DNA of 11,726 nt from Gloeobacterales cyanobacterium (lineage in GTDB: Bacteria > Cyanobacteriota > Cyanobacteriia > Gloeobacterales > PMM-0068), in assembly GCA_038245785.1 (NCBI GenBank), contig JBBRSB010000054.1:1-11726 (forward strand), read 5' to 3'. The position numbers and the translations under genes were made by a program. The notes under the pieces were generated by a model, which did no database searches, had not been told where the DNA came from, and saw only the letters and a program-made list of their open reading frames with translations. Each line of letters starts with the position of its first letter. The first letter of the stretch is position 1. This document shows, one piece after another, positions 9,101-11,726 of the stretch.

Positions 9101-9563
9101 TGTCCTGACAGGCCAAGGACCGGGCAAGGAGGATTATCCCCGACGACTGGAATTAGAAGATGTGATGATTCGCGCCTGTCCTGACAATGATAGAACCATG
9201 GTCCTCGAATCAGATTTTATACACATGCAGGGAGCACGGACTTTCCGCACAGCGGTCACCTTGATGGGTGAAATTTGTGAGGCCCTAAGCCAAAAGCTCA
9301 ATTACACCTGGGACGACGTAGATTGGCTGGTTCCGCACCAAGCCAATGGCCGAATTATCCAGGCCATCGCCCGCCGACTTGCGATTGATGACAAGAAAGT
9401 GTTCTCTAATATTGCCTATCGGGGCAATACTTCCTCGGCGAGCATTCCTCTAGCCCTGACAGAACTGCTGGCCAGCGACAAGCTCCAACCCGGCCAACGC
9501 ATTCTCCTATGTGCCTTAGGCGGTGGGATTACCTATGGGGCGGCTTCTGTAAAAGTGCATTAG
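6120..9563 (+). CDS. Fusion protein: 2-oxoacid dehydrogenase E1 alpha + E1 beta + lipoyl domain + beta-ketoacyl-ACP synthase III (FabH); likely start ATG 6150
   Basis: One uninterrupted 1147-aa frame. E1 alpha (~6150-7120): SSAGHE, FPHYRD, GRQMPSHF, ThDP motif GDAS...EDNGYGIS, loop RLASHTSSDDQGVYRS. E1 beta (~7224-8180): NSPLAE, QFIDF, GPWHSQ, VVVHED. Lipoyl domain (~8289-8510): GDKA with Lys764. KAS III (~8610-9563): WIEQRTGI, DLSAACSGF (Cys942), PHQAN (His1073), GNTSSASIP (Asn1103), GGGITYG. Confidence 0.95.
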   Translation: MPLKGGSVLNMIELHSLFPTQAQARRWLRLMATSRFMDKKEESLIHQGKAVFQLSSAGHESLAVLADLLTSEDWVFPHYRDRPLLLARGVTPVDLFCDLFAKADSGSGGRQMPSHFSNKAHRVVSFSSPVGSGVSHGIGVALNLKQTTKQDAVLVMVGDASTQEGEVYESLAYLGINPVPLVLCVEDNGYGISTATRGKTFWTIGKGEEATEFLGTPIIRVDGSDPWAVYLAGQDAFQRARQERKPTILVVKIERLASHTSSDDQGVYRSQEELLQATQKDPLAVFSRFCLEQNLIDQTAWQAIQTEVQKELEEAAIFAEALPEPDPARETDIFPPQKPPLSLELKPLLHKMASVEGNKADSAIDADSITLRRALNNTLHYLLETDPRVYLFGQDIEDPKGDVFGVTKGLSTNFPGRVENSPLAEATILGTGIGRALAGERPICFLQFIDFMGPGLNQIISELSTLYWRSKGEWQAPLLILAPVGAYRAGMGPWHSQTGEGTLGHIPGIDVVMPAHPEDAVETLLQAFHSDRPTVYLYPKILLNRRYPLADLAGTSARDHRLHRAGKDLTLVGWGGTVDLCKEAANRLQEQQVDTEVLEITSLSPLPMALLSERARRTGRMVVVHEDNRTAGLGAEILAELHEQLGSAFQGARVTRSDTHIAYNMEAQLAQLPSVEKIVAAAQKLLGRTVYEQAPAQVMESKPAAPVATIANTVTLKSQSDDRIAIVVPRVAPTDEAATLLNWVVALGEKVEEGQHIADLQGDKALFELEATCDGYVAELLASPGQDIYVGDTVAYLSTSEPQVLVNPAQPIVPEPVVVIAPETPNQTLVPSLVSIAAYLPDGVITNRELSERLGGVITEEWIEQRTGILERRLAPSHIDTSDMGLWAAERALDQIGMKAQDLDMILVSTTSADGVIPSVACRLKQGLDSAHCPAFDLSAACSGFIYGLSVVQQYLKVNPDQRILLVTAEKMSKVINPLDPDTAIIFGDGAVACVLTGQGPGKEDYPRRLELEDVMIRACPDNDRTMVLESDFIHMQGARTFRTAVTLMGEICEALSQKLNYTWDDVDWLVPHQANGRIIQAIARRLAIDDKKVFSNIAYRGNTSSASIPLALTELLASDKLQPGQRILLCALGGGITYGAASVKVH

Positions 9564-9632
9564 CAAAGAAGATATGGATAATAGCTATAACTTTTCTTTT
9601 GCACCCGAATGGTAGGAATGTTCAAAAACAAT

Positions 9633-9665
9633 TTTCAAAATGTTCACAAGTGATACATTCTGAAA
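9633..9665. repeat. Imperfect AT-rich inverted repeat downstream of the fusion gene
   Basis: TTTCAAAATGT-TCAC aa GTGA-TACATTCTGAAA: arms of ~15 nt with one mismatch and one bulge. Confidence 0.5.
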
Positions 9666-9786
9666 CCCTCTCAGGGAGGGAGTTGAGTTTGTCGTTATGA
9701 CGAAAAATTTGTCGAAGTTATAAATTTAGCAGTCACCAAGATCGTTAGGACATTTTCGCTATTCGATGTTCCGGCAGTTCAAGCTC

Positions 9787-9933
9787 TTAACATGCAACCT
9801 GGATTGAGCTGTGCTTTCCTTGTGGCATTGGTTTCTGCGTGATTTTTCCGTCTATATACTCACTAGCCGATTCAGTTTCCGGCAACGTCAGAAACTCCTC
9901 TAAGGTCAATATTTTTGAAGGAGTCTGTACCAT
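9787..9933 (-). pseudogene. Truncated Uma2 (DUF820) family endonuclease
   Basis: ATG 9933 reads MVQTPSKILTLEEFLTLPETESASEYIDGKITQKPMPQGKHSSIQVAC-stop (48 aa). This is the characteristic cyanobacterial Uma2 N-terminus; the PD-(D/E)xK catalytic part is absent. Confidence 0.85.
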
Positions 9934-10004
9934 CTAACTAATGCTTTCTCACATAGATACAAGACAATTCATATAGGCTCTGTGCTTATTATAAATGGTA
10001 AGTC

Positions 10005-10070
10005 CGCTAACTGCTAAAGTGAGCGGCGGCGAAAAGATATTCATCCGACCGCTCCACTGTGTTGTTCTGC
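10005..10070 (-). mobile_element. Integron attC-like recombination site (66 bp)
   Basis: Minus strand: R'' GCAGAAC - 5 nt AACAC - L'' AGTGGAGC ... L' GCTCACT - 6 nt TTAGCA - R' GTTAGCG. L'' is the complement of L' plus one extra base at about position 4, and the stem extends (GG/CC). It begins 8 nt after the stop codon of the upstream gene. Confidence 0.75.
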
Positions 10071-10078
10071 TGTGCCAA

Positions 10079-10321
10079 CTACGCTGATTCTAAATGAGCT
10101 ACCGGAATTGTTTCAGTTCTTTCGGGAGATTTCGCACCTGTTGCAATATCATGAACCCTATGCAAGATATCTGCTGAATAGTAACGATTGCCGCAGTTAT
10201 CGCAGACTCCAATTGTGACATCCTCAAGAATGACGAATCCATCCCTATGCTTGAATGCCTCACGCTTCACGACGCGGGGTTGAACTGTGCCTTCGCAATA
10301 TTCGCATCTGTAACCGTACAT
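10079..10321 (-). CDS. YgiT-type zinc finger protein (MqsA N-terminal-like antitoxin)
   Basis: From ATG 10321 (RBS AAGGA, just after the DUF4258 stop): MYGYRCEYCEG...ILEDVTIGVCDNCGNRYYSA, with two CxxC pairs, 80 aa. The ORF-track start at 10351 overlaps the upstream gene and is less likely. Confidence 0.85.
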   Translation of the reverse strand: MYGYRCEYCEGTVQPRVVKREAFKHRDGFVILEDVTIGVCDNCGNRYYSADILHRVHDIATGAKSPERTETIPVAHLESA

Positions 10322-10325
10322 ATCC

Positions 10326-10622
10326 TTAGCCCTCAAATGCAGTGACTTCATAGATTGTGATAATCAGATACCGTCCAGTACTGGCAAACCGTCCAACCAC
10401 ACCGACAGGGGTTCGCTGATCGAGTGCATTCCCCACTACTACATATTTTGCACCTCTGGGGTCATCTTTTTCAACTCGAATAATTTGACCGCTTAAAACT
10501 GCTGCTTCTACGTCCAAAATGGTCAAATAATCTTCAGCCATTTCTTCCATGGCATGCGCTGACATATCGTATTGGCAAAGTCGAATCTTTTCTCTTATCC
10601 GGTCAATATTGTTACGAGGCAC
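10326..10622 (-). CDS. DUF4258 domain protein (putative RelE-like toxin)
   Basis: 98 aa with 'YDMSAHAMEEMAED...DVEAAVLSGQII...DDPRGAKYVVVG...YLIITIYE', the DUF4258 pattern. Lies directly upstream of a YgiT zinc finger gene, a common pairing. Confidence 0.85.
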   Translation of the reverse strand: MPRNNIDRIREKIRLCQYDMSAHAMEEMAEDYLTILDVEAAVLSGQIIRVEKDDPRGAKYVVVGNALDQRTPVGVVGRFASTGRYLIITIYEVTAFEG

Positions 10623-10709
10623 GGCTTATTTCACGCACACCCAGATCATCATATCAAGACTCCGCCTCAAAATTACTATTGTGCAAAACCGCTGCGTAGT
10701 GTTCCACCA

Positions 10710-10937
10710 CTGAAGGTACTTCTCCGCTCGTCGCTCTTATAATAGAGCCGCCACTTCTTCGTCCGTCGGTGCTGGCTGATCTGTTTTTAACAAGCCTCGC
10801 ATCCGTCGAATTGCGCCAGAGCGGTCAGGTTCAGAAATTGGAGTATCTTGCAAGGATTCAATGATAGCGCTTACCAGTGCAAGGCGGTCGCTGGGTGATA
10901 GCTTGAAAACTTGCTCTCGCAATTCTTGTAGCAACAT
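10710..10937 (-). pseudogene. Small antitoxin-like protein with a probable premature stop (TAA at 10737-10739)
   Basis: RBS AGGAG upstream. The ORF reads MLLQELREQVFKLSPSDRLALVSAII...PTDEEVAALL-stop, and the frame continues ERRAEKYLQ, the expected 'LEERRxEKY' ending of this family. This implies a GAA>TAA change. The 66-aa product could still be made. Confidence 0.6.
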
Positions 10938-10972
10938 AGACGAGGACTCCTATGGCCTAATATCCAGTATGA

Positions 10973-10980
10973 GCGATCGC
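10973..10980. repeat. HIP1 octamer GCGATCGC
   Basis: Exact match; the only copy I found by eye in the window. Confidence 0.8.
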
Positions 10981-11058
10981 GCCCTCTATGGCCATGCCCC
11001 TGCTACAGTTTCCATCTGCTCGTAAACTCCTTCTCAATTCTTGTCTCTTGATCGCAGG

Positions 11059-11097
11059 TCAATGATTAAAGTTCTCATCACTTACTAATCTCAACAT
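11059..11097 (-). pseudogene. 5' stub of a DUF5615-family PIN-like toxin
   Basis: ATG 5 nt after the DUF433 stop reads MLRLVSDENFNH-stop. 'MLRLxxDENFN' is the typical first strand and first catalytic Asp of DUF5615 (VapC45-like) PIN proteins that follow DUF433 genes. Confidence 0.7.
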
Positions 11098-11102
11098 AAC
11101 TA

Positions 11103-11435
11103 CTACTGAGACTGCTGTTGGGACAGCAGACGAGAGCGAATGAGACTCAAGTCAGGTTGACTGCTGGACAACCGTTGCTGTACAGAATCAGCTAGCTGTT
11201 CTCTCTGATTTAAGTAGGTTTCTACTACATCTTGGTGTCGAAGATAGTAACCGATTGTATTGTAGACATCGGATAATGAAAGGGTTGAGTACCGATAAAC
11301 AATAGACTCAGGAGTTGCGCCATCTTGAAACGCTCGGATCACAATCTCCAGCAAAACCCTTGAATTTCCAACTCGAATTGCTCCGGTTTCATCTTCCCAG
11401 AGAGGCGGTGTCTCACGCTCTAAAAAGAGGCTCAT
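11103..11435 (-). CDS. DUF433 domain protein (VapB45-like antitoxin)
   Basis: 110 aa with 'GAIRVGNSRVLLEIVIRAFQDGATPESIVYRYSTLSLSDVYNTIGYYLRH', the DUF433 signature. Confidence 0.9.
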   Translation of the reverse strand: MSLFLERETPPLWEDETGAIRVGNSRVLLEIVIRAFQDGATPESIVYRYSTLSLSDVYNTIGYYLRHQDVVETYLNQREQLADSVQQRLSSSQPDLSLIRSRLLSQQQSQ

Positions 11436-11458
11436 AGATTCATTCCTATGTCAGGTAG

Positions 11459-11464
11459 ATTATA
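11459..11464 (-). promoter_or_regulatory. Putative -10 box (TATAAT) for the DUF433 operon
   Basis: Perfect TATAAT on the minus strand 23 nt upstream of the ATG at 11435; no clear -35 box. Confidence 0.4.
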
Positions 11465-11586
11465 ACTTAACTCAGAGAATCGCCACCAATCTCAAAGCAC
11501 TACCTCACAAGCAACTTTGAGGTTTCTTTAGGTAAGTCACTAAAAGTAACATACGTGATTCGCTCACCGCGTCCAATACATGCGTT

Positions 11587-11661
11587 TTATGGGGAGACGA
11601 CCACTAGAAAGGCAGAGGAGACGACTATGCATGCGATGACAGGAATCATGTCTACTAACAT
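11587..11661 (-). CDS. Candidate 24-aa hydrophobic peptide (small membrane protein or type I toxin-like)
   Basis: MLVDMIPVIACIVVSSAFLVVVSP-stop with a strong GGAGGAG SD 8 nt upstream; one TM-length hydrophobic stretch. No recognised family. Confidence 0.3.
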   Translation of the reverse strand: MLVDMIPVIACIVVSSAFLVVVSP

Positions 11662-11726
11662 ATGGTTCGCTCCTCCCCATCACCCCTAGACCGATTGAAG
11701 CAGGGCTTAAAGTAAAAAAGCGGAAG

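Noticed and set aside
9642..9656. NtcA-like box within the palindrome
   Set aside because: Reads GTT-N9-TAC rather than GTA-N8-TAC, and it lies between convergent genes.
3863..9700. Minus-strand ORFs inside DUF4926, xerC, hemC and the fusion gene, and 9509..9700 (+)
   Set aside because: Shadow or out-of-frame overlaps of strongly supported genes; no motifs.
9694..9750. TCCTAAC and TCATAAC (minus strand) as R'' boxes of further attC sites
   Set aside because: I could not find matching L'/R' arms with correct spacing; at most degraded remnants.
11094..11100. GTTATGT (minus strand) as an attC R' box
   Set aside because: No L boxes or R'' partner upstream; better explained as the start codon context of the DUF5615 stub.
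11627..11689. Plus-strand 20-aa ORF MHAMTGIMSTNIWFAPPHHP with GAGGAG upstream
   Set aside because: Its apparent SD is the complement of the anti-SD in the minus-strand hydrophobic ORF; no independent support.
1..11726. CRISPR array, tRNA/rRNA, IS element or dif site
   Set aside because: No regularly spaced repeats, cloverleaf, transposase or recognisable dif consensus found by eye.

Overview
Cyanobacterial chromosomal window; the near-absence of HIP1 suggests an early-branching lineage such as Gloeobacterales (inference). The housekeeping backbone comprises a COG3349-type FAD oxidoreductase running off the left edge (absent from the ORF track), upp, a PBS-lyase-type HEAT protein, a XerC/D recombinase and hemC. 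The standout is a single 1147-aa ORF (6120..9563) fusing a branched-chain-type 2-oxoacid dehydrogenase E1 alpha, E1 beta, one lipoyl domain and an intact FabH/KAS III, with no E2 acyltransferase core. This suggests a CoA-independent route from a 2-oxoacid to a fatty-acid primer, and the KAS III lacks the CoA-adenine-stacking Arg. Around the backbone lie small toxin-antitoxin-type loci; in four of them the toxin-side gene is a stub or missing while the partner survives. The right end also has a well-formed integron attC-like site behind an intact DUF4258/YgiT-zinc-finger pair, a truncated Uma2 gene and a candidate type-I-toxin-like 24-aa hydrophobic ORF. Family assignments come from motif recognition by eye, not database searches.
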